A stretch of 64,000 nt of DNA from an uncultured delta proteobacterium (lineage in GTDB: Bacteria; Desulfobacterota; Binatia; UBA9968), in NCBI GenBank assembly GCA_963745035.1, contig CAVUVW010000015.1, positions 96,001-160,000 of the forward strand. Direction: 5' to 3'. The notes below the pieces were generated by a model, which saw nothing but the letters and a program-made list of their open reading frames with translations, was not told the origin of the DNA and did no database searches. Both the position numbers and the translations under genes were made by a program. This document shows positions 1 through 9,537 of the stretch, in pieces. The first letter of the stretch is position 1. Every line of letters begins with the position of its first letter.

Positions 1-7
1 TCTGAAA

Positions 8-313
8 CTAGCGGGAGACCGGACGCGGAGGGGCGCGGCTGGACGGAATGCGTACCGAGTGATTATCGAAATCGACCTGGGCAACCGGAACGACTTCGTT
101 CGCGGCGAGCAAAGGCACGCAGTACGAAGGCGCGCTGGTTAGACCTGCCTGAGCGCGGCTGCCATGCAAGCAAGCGCACTCTTTGGTGACCTGGGGTGCG
201 GCGGCCGATACCGCATGAAAATGCAGCGGCAGGAAAAAAACCGCGAGCAGAAGACAAACGCTGAGCCAGCGCGGCGCGCAAGCAATCGTCGGCCGGGACG
301 GATCAGCGCTCAT
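8..313 (-). CDS. DUF2946-like exported small protein / candidate RAPP ribosome-arrest leader peptide
   Basis: 101 aa. N-terminal hydrophobic segment followed by HFH, a central CACLH motif and C-terminal SSRAPP. Confidence 0.6.
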   Translation of the reverse strand: MSADPSRPTIACAPRWLSVCLLLAVFFLPLHFHAVSAAAPQVTKECACLHGSRAQAGLTSAPSYCVPLLAANEVVPVAQVDFDNHSVRIPSSRAPPRPVSR

Positions 314-321
314 GATTTGCT

Positions 322-350
322 CTGATAGCCCAGCGCCTCCGGCTTGTCAA
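322..350 (-). promoter_or_regulatory. candidate sigma70 promoter of the RAPP ORF
   Basis: Minus strand TTGACA-N17-TATCAG, ending 8 nt upstream of the ATG at 313, so possibly leaderless. Confidence 0.4.
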
Positions 351-499
351 TTCGGCGGCCGCTCGACGGCGCCCTACGGTCTCTCGGTGCGCGGAACCCG
401 ATTGGCCATTGGCGCGCAAACGAGTAGAATCGTGCAACTTTCGTTGACGTGGCGAATCGTGGCGATTCGATGAAGACTGCAGATCAGTCTAGCTCTGGA

Positions 500-527
500 G
501 TAAACCTCTCGGGGTCATGCGCGTCTA
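500..527 (+). promoter_or_regulatory. candidate ECF-sigma (autoregulatory) promoter
   Basis: GTAAAC-N16-CGTCTA fits the AAC/CGT pattern of ECF promoters and lies upstream of the ECF gene. Confidence 0.4.
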
Positions 528-688
528 AGCTCGGTAGACGCTACAGCGCAACCCCGGAAGAATACCGACGTGCTTCATCGAACCATGAGCCTTGGCGGCG
601 AGTCAGAGGAGCGTACGGGAGCTGCGCGGAGCGTGCTTCAGGATTTTCGCCGAGCCATGCCGCGGGCGTGGAGAGTTAGGGAACCCAG

Positions 689-1347
689 GTGGTTTCGCTT
701 GGCCTAGGGCGTGCGATTTCGCACCGCTCGCCCGCGAGCAGCTTCTCCAGCGACCCAGCAGAGAAAAACCGGAGCCCATCGGTGAATCCTGGGGATGAAG
801 AGTTGGTGGCGTCGGCCCGGCAGTGGCGATCGCCGAGCTTTCGAGGAACTGGTCGAGCGCCACAAGCGCCGCGCCTATCATATTGCGTTCGACTTCACCC
901 GCGACGGCGAGGACGCCAAGGATTTGTCTCAGGAGGCTTTCTTGAAAGCCTTTATCAATTTAAAAAATTTCGACGGTCGATCGAGCGTTCTATACCTGGT
1001 TTTACCGCATCCTGGTGAACCTTTGCCTGGACTACAAGCGGCGCCACAAGCGGGCGCCCGCAGCGGAGTTCGACGAAACGGCGGTCGGCCAAATGGAGCC
1101 GTCCCACGAGCCGGCGCGGCCGCGCTCGCCGGAACAGCAAGTGCTGGCGCGGCAGATCTCGGCCAAGGTCGGCGCTGCGCTGGAAGCGCTGCCGGCCAGG
1201 CAGCGCGTCGCCTTCGTGCTCAAGAATCACCAAGGACTTTCGATCAAGGAAATCGCCGAGCTGATGGACACCGCCGAAGGCACGGTGAAAGTCCACCTGC
1301 ATCGCGCCGTGACGGCGCTCAGAGAACGCCTCGCGGAATTCGCCTAG
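689..1347 (+). CDS. ECF-family RNA polymerase sigma factor (indels near 820 and 988; start uncertain, 689 or 782)
   Basis: Joined frames read DEELV..GDRRAFEELVERH..DAKDLSQEAFLKAF..FYTWFYRILVNLCLD..LEALPARQR..LSIKEIAELM..GTVKVHLHRA (sigma regions 2 and 4). Confidence 0.9.
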
Positions 1348-1357
1348 GAGATCGGCC

Positions 1358-1876
1358 ATGACGGAAACGACTCCACAACTGCTGGCCCCGTGCGCGGAGC
1401 GGGAAGAAAATCTGGTGCTGCTGCATTACGGCGATCTCGGCGGCGCCGAACGCGCCGACCTGCACGCTCACGTTCAAGGCTGCGCTCCTTGCGCGGCCTA
1501 CCTGAAGGATCTCGGAGCCCTCATGCCCTTGACAATCGCGGCGGGCGAGCCGCCGCCAAGCTTCTGGACCGACTATAACCGCGAGCTCCGGCACAAGATC
1601 GACGCCGTCGTCGAGAGAAAAACCTGGTCGCAAAAACTTGCGGCTTTTTTTCAGCCCCGTTGGATGCCCGCGCTCGCGACCGCGGCGATGGTCGCGCTCG
1701 CCCTGACGTTCACCGTGGGCCGCGGGATCTGGACGTCGAGTGATCCGGCGCGGGAGGACGCGGCGCTCATCGAGGTCCTGCCGGTGGCGGAGAACCTGGA
1801 ATTTTTTAATGCCATGGAAGTCCTCGACAACCTCGATGTGTTGGAATCCATGGCCGGCCAAGGCGATGCCGCGTGA
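1358..1876 (+). CDS. zinc-binding (ZAS, zf-HC2) transmembrane anti-sigma factor
   Basis: HVQGCAPC (HxxxCxxC), one TM helix, located directly after the ECF gene. Confidence 0.85.
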   Translation: MTETTPQLLAPCAEREENLVLLHYGDLGGAERADLHAHVQGCAPCAAYLKDLGALMPLTIAAGEPPPSFWTDYNRELRHKIDAVVERKTWSQKLAAFFQPRWMPALATAAMVALALTFTVGRGIWTSSDPAREDAALIEVLPVAENLEFFNAMEVLDNLDVLESMAGQGDAA

Positions 1877-2069
1877 GCTCGCGGCCGCGGCAGTCGCGGC
1901 GATCAGACACCCCAGCCGCCGATCACAACTGTTAAGAGTGATCGATTTCCGACGTCCGACAGAGATGACATAGCAAATGAAAGACGGGACATGCATCATC
2001 GGGAAGAGCGCGGAGCGCGGCGAGTGCGCCGCACAAAGCCGCGCCGGTAAGAAACCGGAGACCTATGAA

Positions 2070-2702
2070 GTGAGCCTATTGTTAAAATCCATCGGCGCGC
2101 TTTGCCTTGTCTTGCTGATCGCCGCCGCGGCGCACGGCCAAGCGGCGCCGCGGGGCGCCGCGCCGGCGCAAGCCGACAAGGATGCGCTCGAAAGGTGGCA
2201 GCGCATGCCTCCCGAGCAAAAGCAGGAGCTGCGCGAGCGCTATCAGCGCTGGCAAAACCTGGCGCCTGACGAAAAAGCAGAGCTACGGCAAAAGTTGGAA
2301 ACCTGGCGCAGCCTTCCACCGGAAGAAAAAGCGCAGGCACGGAAGAACTTCGAGCGCTGGCAGAATCTCACCCCCGAACAGCGCGAGCGCTTGCGGGAAC
2401 GCTGGCAGCGCTGGCGCGAGTTGCCGCCCGAGCGCCGCGCAGAGCTCAAACGGCGCTTGGACAAGCTGCGCGAGTTGCCGCCCGAAGAACGGCGCGAGCT
2501 CCGGCAAAAACTTTTGGAACAGCGCGAGCGGCTTTCGCCCGAGGAAAAGCAAGAATGGCGCGAAAAGATGCGCGAACGCTTTCAGCGCCTCTCGCCCGAG
2601 GAAAAGCGCGACATTCGCGAAAAGCGCCGCGAGCTGCGCGAGCGGGGCGCGATTGAAGAAAGCAAACAATTGCGCGAAGCGTTCGCGCGAGAAAGCTCCT
2701 AA
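2070..2702 (+). CDS. DUF3106-like exported helical repeat protein
   Basis: Signal peptide followed by about 8 repeats of roughly 18 aa, of the form W-x-x-L-[PS]-P-E-[EQ]-[KR]. Probable GTG start at 2070 behind GGAG; the ORF is open from 1977. Confidence 0.75.
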   Translation: MSLLLKSIGALCLVLLIAAAAHGQAAPRGAAPAQADKDALERWQRMPPEQKQELRERYQRWQNLAPDEKAELRQKLETWRSLPPEEKAQARKNFERWQNLTPEQRERLRERWQRWRELPPERRAELKRRLDKLRELPPEERRELRQKLLEQRERLSPEEKQEWREKMRERFQRLSPEEKRDIREKRRELRERGAIEESKQLREAFARESS

Positions 2703-2715
2703 GGAGGACTAAGCC

Positions 2716-4122
2716 GTGGCCGCGCAACTGACCCAGGAGCAGCGCATTCTCCACTTTCTCAACCGCACGAGCTTCGGCGCGACGTCCAGGACGGTTGAGC
2801 GGGCAAGCCGGATCGGCATCCGCGCCTATCTCGACGAACAGTTGGCGCCGCAGGCCATCGCCGACAACGCCGTGGACGAAAAGGTCGCCGGGCTCAAGAC
2901 CATGCGCATGAGCAGCCGCGAGCTTTATGAGCTCTATCCGCCCGCCAACGTCGCCAAGGAGCGCGGCATGGCGACCGGCCCGATGAACGCGCCGCGCGTG
3001 GTCATTTTTGAGCTGCAGCAGGCGCGGCTTTTGCGCGCCGTCGAGAGCGAGCGCCAGCTCTACGAGCTGATGGTCGACTTCTGGAGCAACCACTTCAACG
3101 TCTTCGCCGCCAAAGGCGCCGACCGCTGGCTCATGACTGCCTACGACCGCGATACGATCCGGCCCCACGCCCTCGGCAAGTTCCGCGAGCTGTTGCGCGC
3201 CACGGCCGAGAGCCCGGCGATGCTTTTCTATCTCGACAACTGGCTGAGCGTAAGTCCCAACGGCGCGGCCGCGCGCATGGCGGCGAACACGCGCCGCCGC
3301 GGCATCAACGAAAACTATGCGCGCGAGATCATGGAGCTCCACACCCTGGGCGTGGACGGCGGCTACAGCCAGCGCGACGTTCACGAAATCGCCCGCTGCT
3401 TTACCGGTTGGACCTTGCGCCGGCCGCGCGGCGAAGCCGCGTTTTACTTCGATTCCCGGCTGCACGACCTCGGCGCCAAGACTGTCCTGGGCACACAAAT
3501 ACCGGCCGGCGGCGGCATGGAGGACGGCCTCAAAGTCATCGATCTGCTGGCGCGCCATCCGGCCACGGAAAAGTTCATCGCGAAAAAACTCGTGCGCCGC
3601 TTCGTCGCCGACGAGCCGCCCGCTGCTCTGGTCGAGCGCGCCGCCGAGGCATTTCGCCGCAGCGACGGCGATATCCGGGTTGTCATCCGGAGCATCGTCG
3701 AGGCGCCGGAGTTCTTTTCTTCGGAGTTCTACCAAGCCAAAATCAAAAAACCGCTGGAATACGTCGCCAGCGCGCTGCGCTTGATGGAAGCGGAAACCCA
3801 AGTCACGCCGCAGCTCCTGCGCTATCTCGCGCGCATGGGCGAGCCACTTTTTCTGGCGCAGCCGCCGACCGGCTACCCCGACGTCGGCTCCTCCTGGATC
3901 AGCCCCGATATGTTGCTGACGCGCATGAACTTTGCCGCCGATCTGGTCGCCAACCGGGTCAACGGCGCGCGCCTGCCAGCGCCGCCCGCCGACGCGCAGA
4001 GCTTTGTCCGGTTGATCGCGCCCGACGCGCTTTCTTCGGCGACGCGCGCGGCGCTCGCCGAAACCACCGGGCCCGACGGGCTGGCGCTGCTTCTCGCCGC
4101 GCCGGAATTTCAGCGGAGGTAA
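2716..4122 (+). CDS. DUF1800 family protein
   Basis: Motifs HFLNRTSFG, MVDFWSNHFNV, SPAMLFYLDN, NENYAREIMELHTLG and C-terminal PEFQRR. Confidence 0.9.
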   Translation: MAAQLTQEQRILHFLNRTSFGATSRTVERASRIGIRAYLDEQLAPQAIADNAVDEKVAGLKTMRMSSRELYELYPPANVAKERGMATGPMNAPRVVIFELQQARLLRAVESERQLYELMVDFWSNHFNVFAAKGADRWLMTAYDRDTIRPHALGKFRELLRATAESPAMLFYLDNWLSVSPNGAAARMAANTRRRGINENYAREIMELHTLGVDGGYSQRDVHEIARCFTGWTLRRPRGEAAFYFDSRLHDLGAKTVLGTQIPAGGGMEDGLKVIDLLARHPATEKFIAKKLVRRFVADEPPAALVERAAEAFRRSDGDIRVVIRSIVEAPEFFSSEFYQAKIKKPLEYVASALRLMEAETQVTPQLLRYLARMGEPLFLAQPPTGYPDVGSSWISPDMLLTRMNFAADLVANRVNGARLPAPPADAQSFVRLIAPDALSSATRAALAETTGPDGLALLLAAPEFQRR

Positions 4123-4124
4123 TT

Positions 4125-5346
4125 ATGAATCGCTCGCGCCGGACCATTCTCAAATCCGCCGGGCTCGGGTTTCTCGCCCTCGGCCTGCCGCCGCCGTTTC
4201 TGGTCCGCGCCGCGGGCGCAGAGCAAGGCGCGCGCGGCAAAGTGCTGGTGGTGATCTTCCAGCGCGGCGGCATGGACGGGCTCAACGTCGTGGTGCCGTT
4301 CAAAGACGCCGCGTACTACGCCCTGCGCCCGACCATCGCCATCGCCGAGCCGGCGGCCGGCGAAGAGCGCGCCGTCGATCTGGACGGCTTTTACGCTCTT
4401 CATCCGGCGCTCGCGCCGCTTAAAACTTTTTACGACAAAGGCGAGCTCGCGATCGTTCACGCCGCCGGCTCGCCGGACAACACGCGCTCGCACTTCGACG
4501 CTCAGGATTCCATGGAGCTCGGCACGCCGGGCATCAAGAATACGCCGGACGGCTGGCTCAATCGCTGTTTGGGCAGCGCGCCGAAAAGCGACTCGCCGTT
4601 TCGCGGCGTCGCGGTCAGCCCGCAAACGCCGCGCATTCTCGCCGGCGCCGCGCCGTCCCTGACGCTTTCGTCGATCGAAGAGTTCCGCTTGCGCAGTGCG
4701 AGCGCCGGCGCGGCGTTGCAGAAACTCTACGCCAACTCCGCCGACCCGCTGTTTCGCCGCGGCGGCGGCAACCTGTTCGACGCGCTGGCGCGGCTCCGCG
4801 CCGTCGAGGCCAAGATTCCGCCGAGCACCGCCAGCCTATCCGGCCGGCAGATTCGCCGTGGGGCTAAAACAGATTGCCCGGCTGATCAAGGCGGATGTCG
4901 GGCTGGAAATCGCCTTCCACGAGATCGAAGGATGGGACACCCATGTCGCCGAAGGCGGCGCCACCGGACAGATGGCCAATCGACTGAAGGAGCTCGGCGA
5001 CGGCCTTGCCGCCTTCTGCCAGGACCTCGGCGAGCGCATGGAAGACGTTGTCGTCGTCACCATGTCCGAGTTCGGCCGCACGGCGCGCGAGAACGGCAGC
5101 CGCGGCACCGACCACGGCCACGCCAACGTGATGTTCGTCATGGGCGCGAAAGTGCGCGGCGGCAAAGTCTACGGCCGCTGGCCCGGCCTCGCGCCGGAGG
5201 TTCTGTACGAAGGCCGCGATCTCGATTTGACCACCGATTATCGAGCGGTGTGCGGCGAAGTGCTGGCGCGCCATTTGGGCCAGCGTGATAGTGGCAAGAT
5301 TTTTCCTGGTTTCCGCGGAAATACGCCAATCGGGTTGATCGTCTAG
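4125..5346 (+). CDS. DUF1501 family Tat-exported protein (indel near 4836)
   Basis: SRRTILK Tat signal; motifs FQRGGMDGL, RSHFDAQD, GWDTH, SEFGRT, GTDHG. Paired with DUF1800. Confidence 0.9.
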
Positions 5347-5356
5347 TCAAACGCCG

Positions 5357-5676
5357 TCAAGAATTTTCTCCTCGGCGTTTTCGATATAATGACCAATCTT
5401 TGCGCGCCGCTCGTTTCAACTCATCAACATTGCCGCCGATCAACGCCACTTTCTTCCTGCGGCTCCACTTTTTGATTTGGGCGTCCGTCGCCTTCGCTTC
5501 TTCCCGGGTTTGAAATTCTTGAAACCAGACGAGCTGCACCGGTTGCCGGGTCGCGGTGTAACCGATGTACCCGCCGCTCAATGCTGCGCCATCCGCCGCT
5601 CGATCTCGTCGGTATGGCCGACGTAATAGGATCCATCCGAGCACCGCAGCATGTACGTGAAAAACGGCCGGGCCAT
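5357..5676 (-). CDS. small stand-alone GIY-YIG nuclease, UPF0213/YhbQ-like (indel near 5580)
   Basis: MARPFFTYMLRCSDGSYYVGHTDEIERRMAQH joined to GYTATRQPVQLVW..REEAK..QIKKWSRRKKVALI. Confidence 0.85.
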
Positions 5677-5718
5677 GATCCGCCAAAGCAATCATCCGGA
5701 GTTTGTCAAAGCATCCTG

Positions 5719-5890
5719 CCCCTCGATACGCGGCCAAAACGCGGCCGCTACTCGGGGAATCGGAAACGCGACTCGATTCGCAAACGCTATTTCGCAAGTT
5801 CCCACGTGCCCACCCTAGTCCATACCAGGGAGCACGAGTATGCAATGCACCAATCCGATTTCCCGAGTAGCGCGCAGCGCGTAACGAGGG
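5719..5890. repeat. inverted pair of REP-like palindromic repeats (REPIN-like)
   Basis: The reverse complement of 5719-5764, TCCGATTCCCCGAGTAGC-GGCCGCGTTTTGGCC-GCGTATCGAGGGG, matches 5854-5890, TCCGATTTCCCGAGTAGC-GCGCAGC-GCGTAACGAGGG. Each copy has GTAG followed by a hairpin. Confidence 0.75.
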
Positions 5891-5901
5891 ACTCCTTCCG
5901 T

Positions 5902-7723
5902 CTAATAATTTTCAGCGGGAACCTCGTCGCGCAAACCGTCGCTCTGTTGGAAGCGGTACTGCAAGTCGTACAAGCGCGCGTAGAGCCCGCCCTTGGCGCG
6001 CAGCTCGTCGTGGGTCCCCTCTTCCCAGATCTCGCCCTTATGAATGACCAAAATTCGGTCGGCGTGCTGGATGGTCGAGAGGCGATGGGCGATGATGAGC
6101 GCGGTGCGGTTTTTCAAAAGCTCGTCGAGAGCTTCCTGGATCAGCATTTCCGTCCGGGTATCCACCGAGCTGGTCGCTTCGTCGAGAATCAAGATCTTCG
6201 GATCGAACGCCAGCGCGCGCGCGAAAGACAGCAGCTGGCGCTGCCCTTGCGACAAGGTCGAGCCGCGCTCCTGGACTTCCTCCTGATAGCGATTCGGCAG
6301 CCGTTCGATGAACGGCGCGATGTGGGCGCGGCGCGCGGCTTCGCGCATGCGCTCTTCGCCGATGCGCCGATCGCCCAGAGTAATATTGTTGGCGATGTCG
6401 CCCGAGAAGAGAAACACGTCCTGGAGCACCAGCCCCAGATGGCGGCGCAGCTCCTGTTTATTCCACTCGCGCACGTCGATGCCGTCGACCAGAATCGCGC
6501 CGCGCTCGACGTCGTAAAAGCGGCAGAGCGCCGCGATGATCGAGGTCTTGCCGCCGCCGGTGGCGCCGACCAGAGCGACTTTCTCGCCCGGCGCGACGCG
6601 AAAGGAGATGCCTTTCAGCACCGGCTCACCCTGCCGGTAGGAAAGCCACACGTCGTTAAATTCGATGGCGCCGGCGAAAGCTTCCGCCCGTTTCGCCCGC
6701 ACCGGATTTTTAATGGTTTCCGGCGTATCGAGCAGCGCGAAGATTCTCTCCGAAGACGCCATGGCGGCCTGCATGATGTTGTATTTTTCCGCCAGGTCGC
6801 GGATCGGCTGGTACATGCGCTGGATGTACTGGATGAAGGCGACGAGCACGCCGGCCTGGATGGCATTCGACCAGGATCTGCTGGCCGCCGTACCAGAGCA
6901 GCAGCCCGACGCTGAGCGCGCTGAATAGCTCGATGACGGGAAAGAACACGGCGTTGTAGCGGATGCTGCGCAGCAGCACGTCGCGGTAGCGAAAATTGAT
7001 TTCCTGAAAGCGGCCGTACATTTTCGCTTCCTGGCCGAACGCCTGGATGGTCGCCACCCCGGCGATATTTTCCTGCAGGCCGGCGTTGAGCCGGCCCAAG
7101 ATCAGCCGGCTCTCGCGATACACCTCGCGGGCGCGGCGGCGGTAAAAACGGCTGATGTAGAGAATGACCGGAAAGGCGGCGAGACAAACCAGCGCAAGCT
7201 GCCAATCGAGCCAGAGCATCATGACGGCGATGCCGAAGACGATCGACACGTCGCCCAACAACCCGACCACGCCCGTGCTGAAGAGCTCGTTTAGGGTTTC
7301 CACGTCGTTGATGGTCCGGGTCATCAGCCGGCCGACGGCGTTGCGGTCGAAGTACGCCATGTCCTGCTTCTGCAGATGGGAAAAAATATCCATGCGCAAA
7401 TCGTGCATGGCGCGCTGGCCGATGTATTGGGTCGCGTAGGTTTGCGCGAACAGCACGAGAAATCCGAAGATCACCACGCCCACATAGGCCAGGGCCATGA
7501 GATCGAGGCCGCCGAGGTCCTTTGCGGCGATGTAGCGGTCGATGGCGATCTTGGTGATATACGGTCCGAGGAGCTGGGCGCCGGTTTGCAGCATCAGCAA
7601 GACGAAGCAAATCGTCAACAGCCTCCAGTACGGCCGGAGATAGCGCAGCACGCGCGCCATCAGCCGGGCGTCGTACGCCTTGCCGAGAATCTCGTCTTCT
7701 TGATGAAGATCTTCGCTCACCAT
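5902..7723 (-). CDS. ABC exporter, fused TMD-NBD subunit B (indel near 6868)
   Basis: TMD plus Walker A GATGGGKT, signature LSQGQRQ and Walker B ILILDEAT. Confidence 0.9.
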
Positions 7724-9498
7724 CGGCTTTCCGCGCGTTCCATAGACTCGACCTGGCGCGCCAGACTTTGCCGGCGATAGAGGTCGAAATAGGCGCCGCG
7801 CCGCGCGAGCAATTCGTCGTGGCTGCCCTGCTCGATGATTTCGCCGGCGCGGAGATAAATGATCTGGTCGGCGTCGCGCACGGTCGAGATCCGGTGCGAG
7901 ATCAGCAAGGTCGTGCGCCCGCTCATGAAATGCTTGAGCTCGCGCAAAATCTCCTCCTCGGTCTCGACGTCGACGCTGGAAAAAGCGTCGTCGAGGATGA
8001 GGATCGGCGGATTTTTGATAATCGCCCGGGCCAATGCGGTGCGCTGCTTTTGACCGCCGGACAAGCGCACGCCGCGCTCGCCGATCACCGTATCGAAGCC
8101 CGCCTGAAACGATTCGACGGTCGGCAGCAGCCGGGCGATGCGCGCCGCCTCTTCGACCCGCTCGGCCGCGCCGTTCTCGCCGCCGAGCAGAATGTTTTCG
8201 CGCACCGATCCGGAGAAAAGAAAAATATCCTGGGAGACGTAGCCGATTGCTTTTTCCAAGCGCTGCCGGTCGAGCCGCTTGATATCGGTGTCGTCGATAA
8301 AAATTTGCCCGTCGCGGGGTTCGTAAAGCCGGAGGAGCAGATTCACCAGAGTGCTTTTGCCGGAGCCGGTTTCGCCGACGATGCCGCAGACAGTTCCAGC
8401 GGCGATCTTGAGATCAAGATTTTTGATGATCGGCGCGCCGGCCGGATCGTACGCGAAGCTCAGATCGCGAAACTCGATGGTGCCGGCCACGGGACCGGCG
8501 CCATTTGACGATGCTTCGGATAAGTAGCGCGGCGAGGGCCTGGTATCCAAAACTTCGGCGATGCGCGACAGCGCCGCCGTGCCGCGCTGGTATTGATTGG
8601 CGGTGTAGCCGATCGCCATCAGCGGCCAGGTGAGCATCGCGAGATAGCCGTTGAAGGCGACGAACTCGCCCAAAGTCATGGTTCCCTGCAGCACCTGGCG
8701 CCCGCCGAGCCAGAGCACCACGGCGGCGGCGATGCCGGCCATCACCTGCATGAGCGGCCAGAAGATCCCCCAAAGCGTCGCGAGCCACATGGTTTTTTGC
8801 CGGTATTCGAAGCTGATCGCGTCGAAGCCGTCGATCTGGTTCTGCTCCTGGGCGTAGGCCTGCACGACGCGGATGCCGGAAAAATTCTCCAGCACGTAGG
8901 CGCTCAGCTGGCTCAGCCGTTCCTGGGTTTCGCGCGAGGAGCGAAAAATCTCCCGGCCGAAGTAGCGCACGACGACCGGGATCAGCGGCATGGCCATCAT
9001 CGACCAGAGCGTGAGCCAGGGATCGATGGTGATCATCAACGTGAGACTGAAGACGATCACGACCACTGCATCGACGATCGCCAGCGAGCCGAAGCCCATC
9101 AACTCGCGCACGGCGTGGATGTCGTTGGTCAGACGCGACATCAGATCGCCGGTCTTGGTGTGTTGAAAATAACCGAGGGGAAGCCGCTGCAGATGAGCGA
9201 AGACCCGGTCGCGCAAATCCGCTTCGCAGCGCCGCGAAAAGCCGTGGATGTTGATGCGCCAGCAGTAGCGGAAAAATCCCTGAAGCGCCGCCGCGCCGAG
9301 GATCAAAAGCGGATAGTGGAGCAGCGATCGATCCGCGCCGCCGCCTTGGAGGGCCGCGTCGATGCCGCCCTTGATCAGCCACGGCAAGGCGATCCCCGCC
9401 AGATCGGTGGCGATCAACGAGAGAATGCCGAGGACGAGGAGACGGCGATGGCGGTCGATGAGGAACTTGACGCGGTGGTAGTAGCGCAGAATTTTGAT
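7717..9498 (-). CDS. ABC exporter, fused TMD-NBD subunit A with non-canonical Walker B (start uncertain)
   Basis: GETGSGKS, LSGGQKQR and ILILDDAF (Asp in place of the catalytic Glu), typical of heterodimeric exporters. The frame stays open upstream of 9417. Confidence 0.88.
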   Translation of the reverse strand: MKILRYYHRVKFLIDRHRRLLVLGILSLIATDLAGIALPWLIKGGIDAALQGGGADRSLLHYPLLILGAAALQGFFRYCWRINIHGFSRRCEADLRDRVFAHLQRLPLGYFQHTKTGDLMSRLTNDIHAVRELMGFGSLAIVDAVVVIVFSLTLMITIDPWLTLWSMMAMPLIPVVVRYFGREIFRSSRETQERLSQLSAYVLENFSGIRVVQAYAQEQNQIDGFDAISFEYRQKTMWLATLWGIFWPLMQVMAGIAAAVVLWLGGRQVLQGTMTLGEFVAFNGYLAMLTWPLMAIGYTANQYQRGTAALSRIAEVLDTRPSPRYLSEASSNGAGPVAGTIEFRDLSFAYDPAGAPIIKNLDLKIAAGTVCGIVGETGSGKSTLVNLLLRLYEPRDGQIFIDDTDIKRLDRQRLEKAIGYVSQDIFLFSGSVRENILLGGENGAAERVEEAARIARLLPTVESFQAGFDTVIGERGVRLSGGQKQRTALARAIIKNPPILILDDAFSSVDVETEEEILRELKHFMSGRTTLLISHRISTVRDADQIIYLRAGEIIEQGSHDELLARRGAYFDLYRRQSLARQVESMERAESRW

Positions 9499-9537
9499 GC
9501 CCTTCGGGTTGCGCGCCGGAGCCGCACCGAGCGCCCG

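Noticed and set aside
530-780. Structured ncRNA in the long ECF leader
   Set aside because: No recognisable family. Part of it may be an N-terminal coding extension of the sigma factor.
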